Origin: Narcine bancroftii
Lineage: Eukaryota
Reading direction: 5' to 3'
DNA: 64,000 nucleotides
Assembly (NCBI RefSeq): GCF_036971445.1
Contig: NC_091474.1
Location: forward strand, 123,876,001-123,940,000
Under the pieces are notes generated by a model, which was given only the letters and a program-made list of their open reading frames with translations, was not told the origin of the DNA and made no database searches. The position numbers and the translations under genes were made by a program. Below, in pieces: positions 49,481 to 60,652 of the stretch; the first letter of the stretch is position 1, and the number at the start of each line of letters is the position of its first letter.

Positions 49481-50989
49481 TTTGTGAGAAACAGAAGTAC
49501 CTTCACAGAATTTGCTCGAGACAATAATTGAGAACAAAGAACATTTATTATACAACAATGCAAAGTTGGGTGCTTCCCCTTACCCTGGAAATGCACACAT
49601 ACACTGGGGCTCACCCAACTTTTATACAGTTTATTTCAGTATAGAACTACCCTCCCCCTTACATTCTTCTGCCTCCTGGATGAGTTTGGCATTAGGCAAT
49701 CCTGTCTGCCTACGTGCTGTTTCTGTGAACATGGAGGACCAGGGGGTATCGTGTCGGTGTCCCATCATTTCATTGTCCTTATTCACACCTTCCCGACTCT
49801 CAGGGCTTACTAACTTCTTATATGCGGAACCTGCTAATTCTGTCTAAAAGGCTAGAAGACCCTTATCTTATTCAGACTAACTCTACTTCCTACATTCTAT
49901 TATCTATCCTTATCCTGGCTTTATTCATTACACATATATCCATACTAGTTTTCTTCATCTTTCATATTTTCATATTAGTTTTACTCATCTCTCACATATA
50001 GAATTAGTAAGCCCTGGGGGTTGAGATTTGTGAATAAGGACAAAGGCAGATTCATGAATAAGGACAATGACATGATGGGACCCCGACAGGATACCCCATG
50101 GTCTTTCAAGTTTACAGAAACTGCACGTAGACAGACAGAATTACCAAATGCCAAACCAATCCAGGAGGCAGAAGAATGTTAGGGGGGGAGGGTACCTCTA
50201 CACTGAAATGAAGTGTAAAATGAACTGTATAAAGGTTGGGTGAGCCCCAGTATGTGTGTGTATTCCCAGGGTAAGGGGAAGCACCCAACTTTGCACTGTT
50301 GTAAAATAAATGTACTTTGTTCTCAATTTTTGTCTCGAACAAAATCTGTGAAGGTACTTCTGTTTCTCACAGTCTCTTGTGGTTTCCAAACCTCCGTTAA
50401 ACTGCCTCCACCCTCTTCCTCCTCCCATTATAAAAACAACTTCCAACTACACCCCACTTTCCCCTGATAGTGAAATGACTCCATTCTGGCACCAACCTCA
50501 GAAATCCTGTGTGTTTGTCCCTCCAACATTGTTCCCAACGTGCTGTGAAATAATCACCAGATATATACCCCCTCCTGTCATTGTGGGTGACTTGTGTTTA
50601 CCCAGTTCCAGCAGGGTGCCCATCACTAGTGTTCTGTCTCTCCCTCCAGGGAATGCAGGTGAAGTGTGTTCACCTGACCTATGTCCCCCTCCCTTAGGGA
50701 TCCCTGGGTGTGCTCTCTGCACACTGTGACAATATACCATTCACTGGGTGTTTCCTGGCCTTGTTTGGCCTTTCCCTGCGTCACATCTCTTCCCAAGATT
50801 GAACTGCCTCCTGTCTGCTTATCTGCCCGACACATCAATACCCAGCTTCCCTCCTGACTGTCACCCACATGGCCAGTTATTGTCACCACTGCTTCCTGGT
50901 CCTTACACATGTGGGGACAGAGAATTTCCTTCAATTCTTGTTTCCCTTCCTGGTTTTGTCCCTAGATCAGATCTTCTCACAACCTCCTC

Positions 50990-51340
50990 TGCTCCAAAGA
51001 GAATGTCCCAGTAGGTGGAATCCAGCAAAGAGCAGATATCCCTCAGTCGTGGAGTCATTTCAGTCAACCCCCTCCTGCACCCCCTGCAGAGGCTTTCCTC
51101 CTGGAGAAAACCAGAACATGACCCAGTCCTCATCGAGAGGTCAGCAATGGAGAGGGTGAAGAAGTACATATTCCTGGGTATCAAAATCTCTGAGGATCAG
51201 TCCTGGGACCTCTATGTCAATGTAATGAAGAAGGCTCACCAATGGTTATATTTCATGAACACTTTGAGGAGATTTGGTATGACACCAAAGATTTTTGAAA
51301 ATTTCTTCAGGTAAACTGTGGAAAGCATTCTGTCTGTAAT
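50990..51340 (+). mobile_element. Rex-Babar-like LINE 3' fragment
   Basis: ERVKKYIFLGIKISEDQSW...KKAHQWLYFMNTLRRFG. Confidence 0.75.
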
Positions 51341-51874
51341 CTAATTCCATTGCCACAAAGGTCGACCACAAACATATTCTGTGAGTAGCGTTTGTTCAGA
51401 TCAGTTAGAGGTTTAAGGAAACAGGAAAATTGAATTTACAGCATCTCTCACCCTGGAATGAACCCTGGCTCAGATTCAGATTTTTTGTAAGAGGACATAC
51501 ACCACATCACATATAACCATGAGATCTTTTTTCCTGCAGACGATGGAGGATTATCACTTATTGGTCATGTAAAAAAAGACACTGACTCAACCTACACTTG
51601 TAAACACATTAAGAGATGTAAACAAATTGACTGCAATACAGAGAAAAAAAATCAATAACGTGCAAAAGTTAGAGTCTTAAATAAGTCCCTGATTGAGTTT
51701 GTTGTTGAGTGGTCTGACGGTGGTGGGGTAGCAGCTGTTCCTGAACCTGGTGGGGGGAGACTTGTGGCTCCCACTGTTATCTCTTTCCCTCGGTGGGTTT
51801 TGTGTGTGGGTCCGGAGCGAACGCCCGGCGAAGTAGGGAATTCGTGTTCAAATATATCTGTCAGGAATTGCGAG

Positions 51875-52050
51875 GCCGGACTGCAGTTCCCCAGTGGGCC
51901 ATGTTCACAGGCTCCTGAGAAAGGGGAACGCTGCCCAGCGGGTGGGCGCCAGAGCCCCAGTTCATCTGGCTGCTGTGCTCGAGTATCTGACGGCTGAAAT
52001 CCTCGAGCTGCCGGCAACACTGAACCACTCAAGAACCGCATCATCCCAGA
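51875..52050 (+). pseudogene. H2A: Histone H2A fragment (frameshifted, both ends missing)
   Basis: [47 protein letters not shown]...RIIP across two frameshifts. Confidence 0.9.
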
Positions 52051-52638
52051 AACTTCCCGCTCCCCACCCTTAATTGAATCAATATTTGCCTCTGCGGCCC
52101 GTTTAAGACCCCGCTACCCACAGCCCATTCCTCTCCTTTTCCTCTTTCACACAATTTCTCCGGAAAATGATCGCTCATCCCGCACCCCGCCCCCCCCCCC
52201 CCCACCTCCGGCACTGTTAGAAACTGCAGGCGGAGCCGAGATGGCAGCGCGAAAAGTCGTTGCCTGCTTTATACTTGTATCTTGAACAGGGGTTCAAGTC
52301 CAATCTTTACCTATGAACGCTGTGAGACCTGCTGCATTAGTTCAAACGTGTTCATGTTAATACAATAGCAACATCTACAGTCTTTCAAGTTTCATTCCAT
52401 AAGAACTAATAATGTTCCCGAGTAGAAATGTGATCAGCTGTTACAATACGGAGAAATCCAGTTAAAATATCAACACAGCAATTAATCACGTTAACAAAAT
52501 GGTCACATTTACCGTCAGTCCAGCAGGAGCGATAGGATGAAACCGGTGGTGAAACAAGCACGTCTGCAATTAGACAAAACCGGAAACAAAAAGAACCAGA
52601 GCCAATTCTGCTCCAATTCCACGCAGGGGGATTCGGAG

Positions 52639-52678
52639 AACTCTTTCAGTGAGACTGGAAGTGGCTCTTAAAAGAGCC
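52639..52678 (-). terminator. Histone stem-loop plus HDE of the second H2B
   Basis: Minus strand GGCTCTTTTAAGAGCC at 52663-52678; AAAGAGTT at 52639-52646. Confidence 0.95.
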
Positions 52679-52717
52679 GTTGTTTTCGGTTCGAGTCGTC
52701 GGCACTTGGTGAGGGCT

Positions 52718-53089
52718 TTACTTGGAGCTGGTGTACTTGGTCACCGCCTTTGTCCCCTCCGACACGGCGTGTTTGGCCAATTCCCCGGGCAGCAGCAGGC
52801 GCACGGCGGTCTGGATCTCCCGGGAGCTGATGGTCGATCTCTTGTTGTAATGGGCCAGGCGGGAAGCTTCGCCCGCGATGCGTTCGAAAATATCGCTGAC
52901 GAACGAGTTCATGATGCTCATGGCCTTGGAGGAGACCCCAGTGTCGGGGTGAACCTGCTTCAGCACTTTGTAGATGTAGATGGCATAACTCTCCCTCCTC
53001 GACTTTCTGCGCCTCTTGCCGCCTTTACCAGTTGGCTTAGACACCGCTTTCTTGGCGCCCTTCTTGGGCGCTGCTTTCGATCCAGGCAT
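52718..53089 (-). CDS. H2B: Histone H2B, replication-dependent, 123 aa (second copy)
   Basis: Intact H2B ORF with stem-loop; 6 aa differences from the first copy. Confidence 0.97.
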   Translation of the reverse strand: MPGSKAAPKKGAKKAVSKPTGKGGKRRRKSRRESYAIYIYKVLKQVHPDTGVSSKAMSIMNSFVSDIFERIAGEASRLAHYNKRSTISSREIQTAVRLLLPGELAKHAVSEGTKAVTKYTSSK

Positions 53090-53139
53090 TTCTTCTCGAA
53101 TTTACACCCAAAAATAAGTTGAAGCACGAATGAGTGCGG

Positions 53140-53271
53140 TTTAAAAAGGCAGAGCCCTCATGCTATGCTAATGAGGGAATGGGGACGGCAACGAGTATCA
53201 TTGGTCGATTGGACTAATGGACAGTAGAGCTTCTTCTCAACATTTCATTGGATATGTCACAACCACCAATC
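53140..53271 (-). promoter_or_regulatory. Promoter of the second H2B
   Basis: TTTTTAAA at the TATA position; ATGCTAAT at 53165-53172; three ATTGG and one CCAAT. Confidence 0.8.
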
Positions 53272-53309
53272 ACAGACCCCGACCGCCGCCAGTAACAGAA
53301 GGCAGCCCT

Positions 53310-54310
53310 TGCTCGTTTGCTGTAACAATGACGTATGAAGTTGGAAGAGGCCGCTGGGAACAAAGAGGGGTGGGGGAGATCTGATCGAGCTATTTACACG
53401 TCGGAAAGGAAGTATAAGGTTGCGAAACTACAAGGTCAATTGAAGGTATGAGTCTGAACACCAGATCTTGGTCGCTCTGGGCTCAGTCACAATTTATTGT
53501 AATGAACAATTCACGAATGTCGTTGTTTTGCAGCAGTATCTCAGTGTAAACATTTTATATAAATAAAAATAGTCCACGAAAAGTCAATGTAAGCTAGTGA
53601 TTATTCAGGAATCTGATCGCAGCGGGAAGAAGCTGTCCTTGTGCTGCTGAGTAATCATCTTCAGGCTCCTTTCCCGCTAGTAGCAGAGTGAAGAGGGCTG
53701 GCCTGGGTGGTGGGACTCCTTGAGGCCAGAGGTTGTTTTAAGACTCTCTCACTCTGTGGCACACATTCTTGGGAATATTTTTTTCCTTCACAGCTGGTGG
53801 GAATCACGGACGACCACCATTATTCCCCAATCGCCAGATGCTCTGATGTCACTGTCTCACTTGTTCCGGATGCCAATGAGGTCAGCCACACTGCTGTGGG
53901 CTGGGAGTGATACAGAACCCAGGCTGGGAACTGACCCATGGAAGATTTCCTCCATTGGACAGCATCAGTCACACTGAGAGGCTTTGACCATAGGTCAATC
54001 CTCACCAAACCAAGACTGAATGATTATGCCACCATGGTGTGCCAGACACTGGAGCTGGCTCCCCTGTTATTTTCCATCTGTTTTTAACAGTTTGGATGAG
54101 AATGTCACTGGCATATAAGACTGTGGAGAACATTAGCATTGGTGGTATATTTGACAGCGAAAGTTATATCCAGATATGGATCAACTGTGAAAGTGGGGCA
54201 GGGAATGGTAATGTATAAACTAAAATGTTGCATTTTGGGAATTCAAACCATGGGAGGATTTGTACAATGAATGACATGTCCCTGTGGAATGTTGCAAGTC
54301 AGAGACAGCA
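53310..54310 (+). repeat. Histone-unit spacer, copy B (uninterrupted)
   Basis: Colinear with copies A and C, and supplies the empty sites for their insertions. Confidence 0.85.
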
Positions 54311-54559
54311 AGGGAATTAAAGACATCATTCCATGAAATATCATGACATAGTGAATGAGAATGCACCCTCCAGGTGGAAAGTGTAGCTCTAGCCACTACC
54401 CTTAACAGGCCGGTTGCCTTTTTCTCCCACACCCTACATGGCCATGAGCTTTAGAACCCATCTATAAGGATAAAGGCTCAAGCAGTGGAGGCATCACCTG
54501 ACTGGCAGAAAATTTACACTGCTCACCAACTAGCAATTGATGGCATTTATATTTAATAA

Positions 54560-55920
54560 TGCAAACAGGGCAAAATAAAGAATGATTTGATAACCAGGTG
54601 AAGGATTGAACTCTCCACCTATAATTACAACATTGCATACAGGCCAGGTGAAACTCCAGATGCCATGCCAAGAGAAAGCTATGCGTCTGCACACAACAGC
54701 CAGTTACGGTCACTGCAAGATGAGCTTTGACACACAGGCAACACCTGCATGGCTCATTTCATTAAGACATGCAACCTGCTCTACTCCATTGAGGACATCA
54801 GGGAAATGACCAGGTACTACCTGAAGTGCAAGTCACATTTCTACCGCCCCAAAAAAGCGTGCCTGATAAAGACATCCCACCCCTTCAAACGACTCAGTGT
54901 CCATTTAAAGGGTCCCTTCCCTTCCACCAACGGAAACGTGTACTTTCTCAACATTATCACATTTTTCGTTCAGCATCCCCTGCTTAGACATGACCACAAC
55001 CACGGTCATCAGGCCCTTGCACTCTATTTTAGCCATGTTCATGTATCCCAGCGATAATCATAGCAACTGGGGCTCACCATTCATGAGCGAAGAGCTACGC
55101 CAGTACCTATTCGTAAGGGGCATTGCCTCAAACAGGACGACCAACTACAATCTCTGGGGGAACAAACAAGTCGAAAAAGAGAACCCGACTGTATGGAAGG
55201 CCATGAAATTGGTTCCCTGGTCCAAAGGCCTTCCAGACTCATGATGGTGCTCCACTCCATGCTCCTCTGCACGGTGACCAACATAACTCCTCACGATCTT
55301 ATGCTTACGTTCCAGAGGAAATCCATGTCTGGGACTACTTTCCCGGCTTGGCTGATGGCACAAGGGGCAGCCCTGCTGAGAAAGCATGTGAGGAGGAGTA
55401 AGACTGACTCCCTGAATGAGAGAGGGCACATGCTGCATGCCTACCCAACATATGCCAATGTGGCATACTCTGACGGCAGAGAGGACACCGTCTCGATCAG
55501 ACTTGGCACCTGACGGAAATGAGGGTCCAATTCCTTAAGCGTGCCAGGAACTACCAAGTACCTAGCTCAGGATCCCGAAGGACACTGCTAAGGAAGTGGA
55601 CCAATCCACCCCATGACCTGACTGGAGCCCTCTGTACCACAAATGCTGGTAAGTACGGAGGAGTGGGTGCACATTGAGGATCTCCTGTGGTCACAGGGGT
55701 AGGACCCAAGGGAATGATTGGTGGGGAGGGTGGAGTGGACAAGAGACAAGTTACTGTACGGTACAGTAACTGATTTACCAGACATTGTCCTCACTGAGCA
55801 GTGACAGCTGTAAAAGACTGTTCCCTTGTAGGACAGAGACTGTTGTAAGGGTCTGTTACGTTACAGTTCAGTGACAAATCTAAACGTTTTTGTCCTTTTA
55901 GTACAGTGACTGTTGTAAAG
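54560..55920 (+). mobile_element. Gypsy-like integrase relic and 3' region
   Basis: PFKRLSVHLKGPFPS, HSNWGSPFMSEEL, TTNYNLWGNKQVE, YANVAYSDGREDTVS. Confidence 0.75.
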
Positions 55921-56652
55921 GAAGCGGATGGCCGACTCCAGCTCCGCATTCTCATGTTTTTATGACTTATTCACATCTTAGAGGGTTCTCTACTCTAACA
56001 GGAATGTCACTGCTTCTAAGCTACAGGAATTTAAGGGGGATACTGCCCCGGTGATGACACGGTAAGTGACATGTCATGCAGTCTGGGGAAGTATTGGTAA
56101 GTCTCCCCTCCCCCCAACTGACCCTTCTCCTCTCCCCTCTGCGTCAGACGACCCCTTTCCTCCCCCCAGCGGCCGATCCCTCTGCACCCGCTGATCATGG
56201 CATAATTTCTAGCAGAAGCGATCACTCCCCCATGTCAGCGACCTCACTCCCCCCAATTGTGACTCCACTTCCCGAGGCAGCAACCTCTCTCTCCTTCACC
56301 CACCCCCATCATGGCAGACACTTCAGCTGAGGATTCCGTGATGCCAGCAAGCCAGCGCTGATGTCACAGGAGTAACTGGGTCGGCATTTTAGTTCTCAAG
56401 GTGGGTAAAGTTTAAACGGGTTCCCTGACTTAGCTCCGAGGTAGGTCAGGGACCCAGTTGACTTTGGAGCCCGCTGACCAGGTCGGATCCTTTCAAGCTG
56501 CCCGTTTAACCACATTTTACAAGGCAGCTTGAAAGCACCTAATTGTCAAGGAGCTCATTTCAGCCCATCGGAATTGAGGAAATTCTCTCATATAAACCGC
56601 GTGCATTATTCTCGGACACAGTTTCGGTTTGAGTGCTGATAAACGGTAGTTA

Positions 56653-56793
56653 ATTGGCGGTTGCGGCCGGGAAACGGGGCGGAGCTGGGAGATGAGAGGC
56701 CGCTCTCTGTGCTCCGCCGTCACTCGGACTCGGACTCCTCCCCTCCTCTTGGCTGCGCGTATCTCGGGCAGGTCGGGGCGCTGCATAGAAAAG
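56653..56793 (+). promoter_or_regulatory. H4 promoter (appears identical to that of the first H4)
   Basis: ATTGG at 56653, GGGGCGGAG at 56676, CAGGTCGG at 56769, CATAGAAAAG at 56784. Confidence 0.7.
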
Positions 56794-56837
56794 CAGACAG
56801 TAGCAGCGACTGTGTTATTGAGCAGAGAGCGGAGTGA

Positions 56838-57158
<321 letters not shown>

Positions 57159-57189
57159 ACTGCCTGCATTGTCCCTGCATCAACACAAA

Positions 57190-57230
57190 GGCTCTTCTCA
57201 GAGCCACCCACCCCCTCACGGAGAGAGCAG
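57190..57230 (+). terminator. Histone stem-loop plus HDE
   Basis: GGCTCTTCTCAGAGCC at 57190-57205, ACCCA, then GAGAGAGC at 57221-57228. Confidence 0.95.
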
Positions 57231-57553
57231 CCCCTCGCCACGTTGGCATGAAATTCATTTCCTGTCCTCGTTCTCTGCCCTTGCCCATGGATTTCCCTTC
57301 ATTGCTGCTTGTCAGGGCTCGTCTATTTTACAAACGTGACCTTCGGCCGATAAACTTTCTCTGGAAATTACTAAGATGATGCGCGATCCGTCGGCACCGG
57401 TTACCCCCCCACCCCCCCAAAACTCTGGTCCGGGGAACACTCGCTTGTCTCGTCTCCGGCTGAGCTGAAGCCCCTCAAATCGGCTCCGTTTTTTCACACA
57501 CAGGGCTGGGGATATAATTAATCGACATTTCCAATGGTATTTATAAGAACAAA

Positions 57554-57752
57554 TGGGCCGCACGGTTGGCGAAGCGTTGAGCGCGACGTCTTGACGGCGC
57601 CAGCGATGGGACGGGGGTTCGAATCCCGCGCTGTCTGTCAGGTGTTGGAACGTTCTCCCTGTGTCTGCGTGGGTTTTCCCGGGGACTCCCGTCTCCGGTA
57701 CAGACTCGTGATCCCAAATAACCTGTCACTGCTGTATGTTTCAATTAATTAA
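57554..57752 (+). mobile_element. V-SINE-like element downstream of H4, internally deleted
   Basis: B-box GGTTCGAATCC at 57616-57626; V-domain-like core; paralog of 16722-16970. Confidence 0.85.
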
Positions 57753-57783
57753 AAATATTCAGCGAAGTTATTAGTTTCTGTAA

Positions 57784-57995
57784 ATTGGCGGGCGGTTTGA
57801 AAATAAAGAGCAGCCCATCAGACTGCAGCCTCTGGGCCGCGTGATGGCGGAAGTCTGACAATGCAGTAAAAAAAATGTCCATATTTGGTCAGAGATAACA
57901 TTTCCCGCCCGCCTCAGATCTTCATTTTCCTCACCATCCATTGATTCAGCCAATCACTGCCTTAAACTGTATGATTGTCATCTGTTGAAGCCAAT
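57784..57995 (+). promoter_or_regulatory. Orphan promoter-like motif cluster (CDE/CHR, ETS, E2F, CCAAT)
   Basis: GGCGG-N4-TTTGAA at 57787-57801; CGGAAGT at 57848; TTTCCCGC at 57901; CCAAT at 57950 and 57991. Confidence 0.4.
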
Positions 57996-58499
57996 CAGAA
58001 TCCTTGGGGCGTATTGAACATAGAATCCTACAGTACAGGCTCTTCGGCCAAACTAAATCCTTTTGATCTCGTCACCCTCTATTCATCTTTCATTCATGTG
58101 CGTGTTTAACTGTCTGTTAAATACCCCTAATGTTTCAGCCTCCACGACCATTAATTGTATAAACAGATAGTGGGAGGTAGGTTCTCTAAAATTCTCAGGG
58201 CCACCATTCCTCTACGTTCAGGGTAGTTCAATCAGGAAAAGTTAACATTGTTGTTGAACTGGAGGCAGATTTTGGAAGAACTAACGCCATCTAATGATGA
58301 GGGCAGTGCAACTGAGGTCTACATGGACTTGAGTGAGGCACATGGACTTGAGTCCCACATGGAACACTGACAAGAAGGTGGGAGCCCATAGATGCACAGC
58401 AAGTAGGATGTAAGGTTGTTCTGAACAGATGGTGGGATGACAGGCTTGCCACTGAACATCCCATTTCAGCAGTGTACTGCAGCAGCAATGCTTGGTATA

Positions 58500-58930
58500 G
58501 ATGGCAGTTTCCAGGTTCAAGCCCGAAACGTTGGTGATGTATCTTTACATTTGCTACTTTTTTTTGGAATATTTTATTATATTACAAGGAAAGAAAATAC
58601 AAAGATATATTAAAAAAAGAAAAAAGCAAAATATGAAAAATAATAATATCACCCCACCCCTCCCTCCCTCTATTAGCTCCACTACCTTAACTCTCTCCCC
58701 CACCCCTCAGAGCCTTACAAAAAATTATACATTTAAAATTAATTAATCAACATGCCAACTCTTTACATAACCTTTACTTAAGATCAATAGCCATACAACC
58801 CAAATTTAAACTCCACATTTTAACAAAAAAAATTATTTCACAAATTATGTTATTTTTTCCAAATATAAACACGATTGCAGGTCGTTATGCCATCTTTGTA
58901 TATTCAATTCCACATCGTGGCAAGATGTCA
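58500..58930. mobile_element. Short retroposon tails (CCCGAAACG-type tail and a minus-strand L1-like 3' end)
   Basis: AAGCCCGAAACGTTGG motif, then a poly-T start and A-rich 3' UTR-like sequence. Confidence 0.45.
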
Positions 58931-59694
58931 TAGAACCAGAAAATGGGTCTGTATCTCCCTGGAAGGACTGATTAATAACCGTGTTATATAAACTGTTTAA
59001 AAGTTAAAATGTCCATTAGATGTATTATTAAGTGTTGAGGCTGCAAGAAATGAAGAAAGGAAAAGGTCAGAAGCAGAAAAAATTAGTTATTAAAGTTGTT
59101 GGAAAAAGTGAAAAATATGGGCCTACCAAGCAGAAGAAGCACCAGGATCAATTAAGCATGGAACCTAAGCCACAGAGGATGTCCTTGGATCAACATGAAA
59201 GAAGATCGATCAAAGATGACGCTGACATCTGCCAGGACGCCCGTGGAAGCAACACCGTCAGTGTGGCCGGGGGGTGGGGGGGTGGTGAGTCAAGCGGGGT
59301 CACGCAGTGGAGCGGGTGAGATAGCGCTGTAAGTAGCACTTCAGTGCATGCCGATGTGCCTGCGAGCGAACGCTACTACACAACGGCCCAATGAGCATGC
59401 GCCTGACATTGCGTTTCCGTGAGGTCCTGGATCGATTTTGTGCTGTGGGGAGGCCTGCTCCACTTCAAGCTGACGATGCTGGCCTGACGTTGGATAGGGT
59501 TCAAACACGCAGCATTGCGACTAGAGAGGACATTTTGATACCTGAAGATGATGAAGAAGAACAAAGTGAGTACCTGGATGAAGAAGATAAAGAGTTGTTA
59601 CTGATGGCAGCTGAAGCAATGGAAGGTAGGCCCAGAGCTACCTTTTCCTTTTAAATCTGTTACTTCGCTTACTTCTAATCCTTCACCTGTACAA

Positions 59695-60337
59695 GTGACC
59701 TGTACAAGTCCTCCCATGGTTTGACTTCCCAAAATGCGACACTTTAGTTTGTACATTGGCCATTGCTTGACCCACTTTCATAGATGATCCACATCCTGTA
59801 ATAACTTTCGCTGTCAAATATACCACCAATGCTGATGATCTCCACAGTCTTAGACACCATGCCAGTGACATTCTCATCCAAATTGTTAACAGAGATGGAA
59901 AATAACAGGGGAGCCAGCACCAGTGTCTGGAACAACATGGTGGCATAAACATTCAGTCTCGGTTTGGTGAGGATTGACCTATTGTCAAAGCCTCTCAGTG
60001 TGACTGATGTTGTCCAATGGAGGAAATCTTTCTTGGGTCAGTCCCCAGCCTGGATTCTGTGTCACTCCCAGCCCACAGCAGTGTGGCTGAGTTAATTGGC
60101 CTCCGGTACAAGGGGATCAGTGACATCAGGGCTACTGGTGATTGTGGATATAATGGTGGTGTTGTTCGTGATTCCCACCAGCTGTGTAGGAATAAAAATA
60201 TTCCCCAAAATGCGTGCCACAGAGTAAGGCAGTGCCTTAAAGCAGCCTCTATCCTTAAGGAGCGCCACCACCCAGGCCAGCCATCTTCACTCTGCTACTA
60301 TCAGGAAAGGAGCCTGAAGCTGAATACTCAGCAGCAC
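59695..60337 (-). repeat. Histone-unit spacer, copy D (inverted)
   Basis: Reverse complement of 53640-54275. Confidence 0.88.
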
Positions 60338-60650
60338 TTACACAATTAGAACTCAGAGACGTGGTGCTTTTTCATATTCTTTGATACCATTAGACTTGCA
60401 TGGTTTTTTATATATATATGTATTTATATATATGTGTATGTGTGTGTACATTCACACACACATATGCTCTTCCCCCTCATGCAATAAATGTTGAATGGGC
60501 CCCCTCTAACTTCCATTACTACATCAGGCCCATGACGACTAGCGTGGAATTAGGGCACAGATACTGAGTGATTATAATATGGGGAGGAAATTAATAATAA
60601 TTATGAAACATAGTCCTTAAAGCACTTGGGTGGTATTCTTTTTCTCTTGG
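60338..60650 (-). mobile_element. Gypsy-1-related 3' LTR and flank fragment
   Basis: ACACAATTAGAACTC...CTCTTCCCCC...CCTTAAAGCA resembles 2055-2365. Confidence 0.65.
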
Positions 60651-60652
60651 AC

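Larger units (their letters stand above)
44633..49996 (-). mobile_element. Internally deleted class I (gamma/epsilon-like) endogenous retrovirus
   Basis: Very similar LTRs at 44633-45154 and 49483-49996; perfect TSD TATA; PBS, PPT and gag-pro-pol-env order. Confidence 0.93.
44443..50371 (+). mobile_element. Solo ERV LTR split in two (44443-44632 and 49997-50371) by a related provirus
   Basis: TGTGAGAG...TTCTCACA termini; the joined halves resemble LTR 7879-8432; TSD GCCT/GTCT. Confidence 0.85.

Noticed and set aside
50380-50990. Cluster of overlapping short ORFs
   Set aside because: No recognisable domains; pyrimidine-rich sequence between repeats
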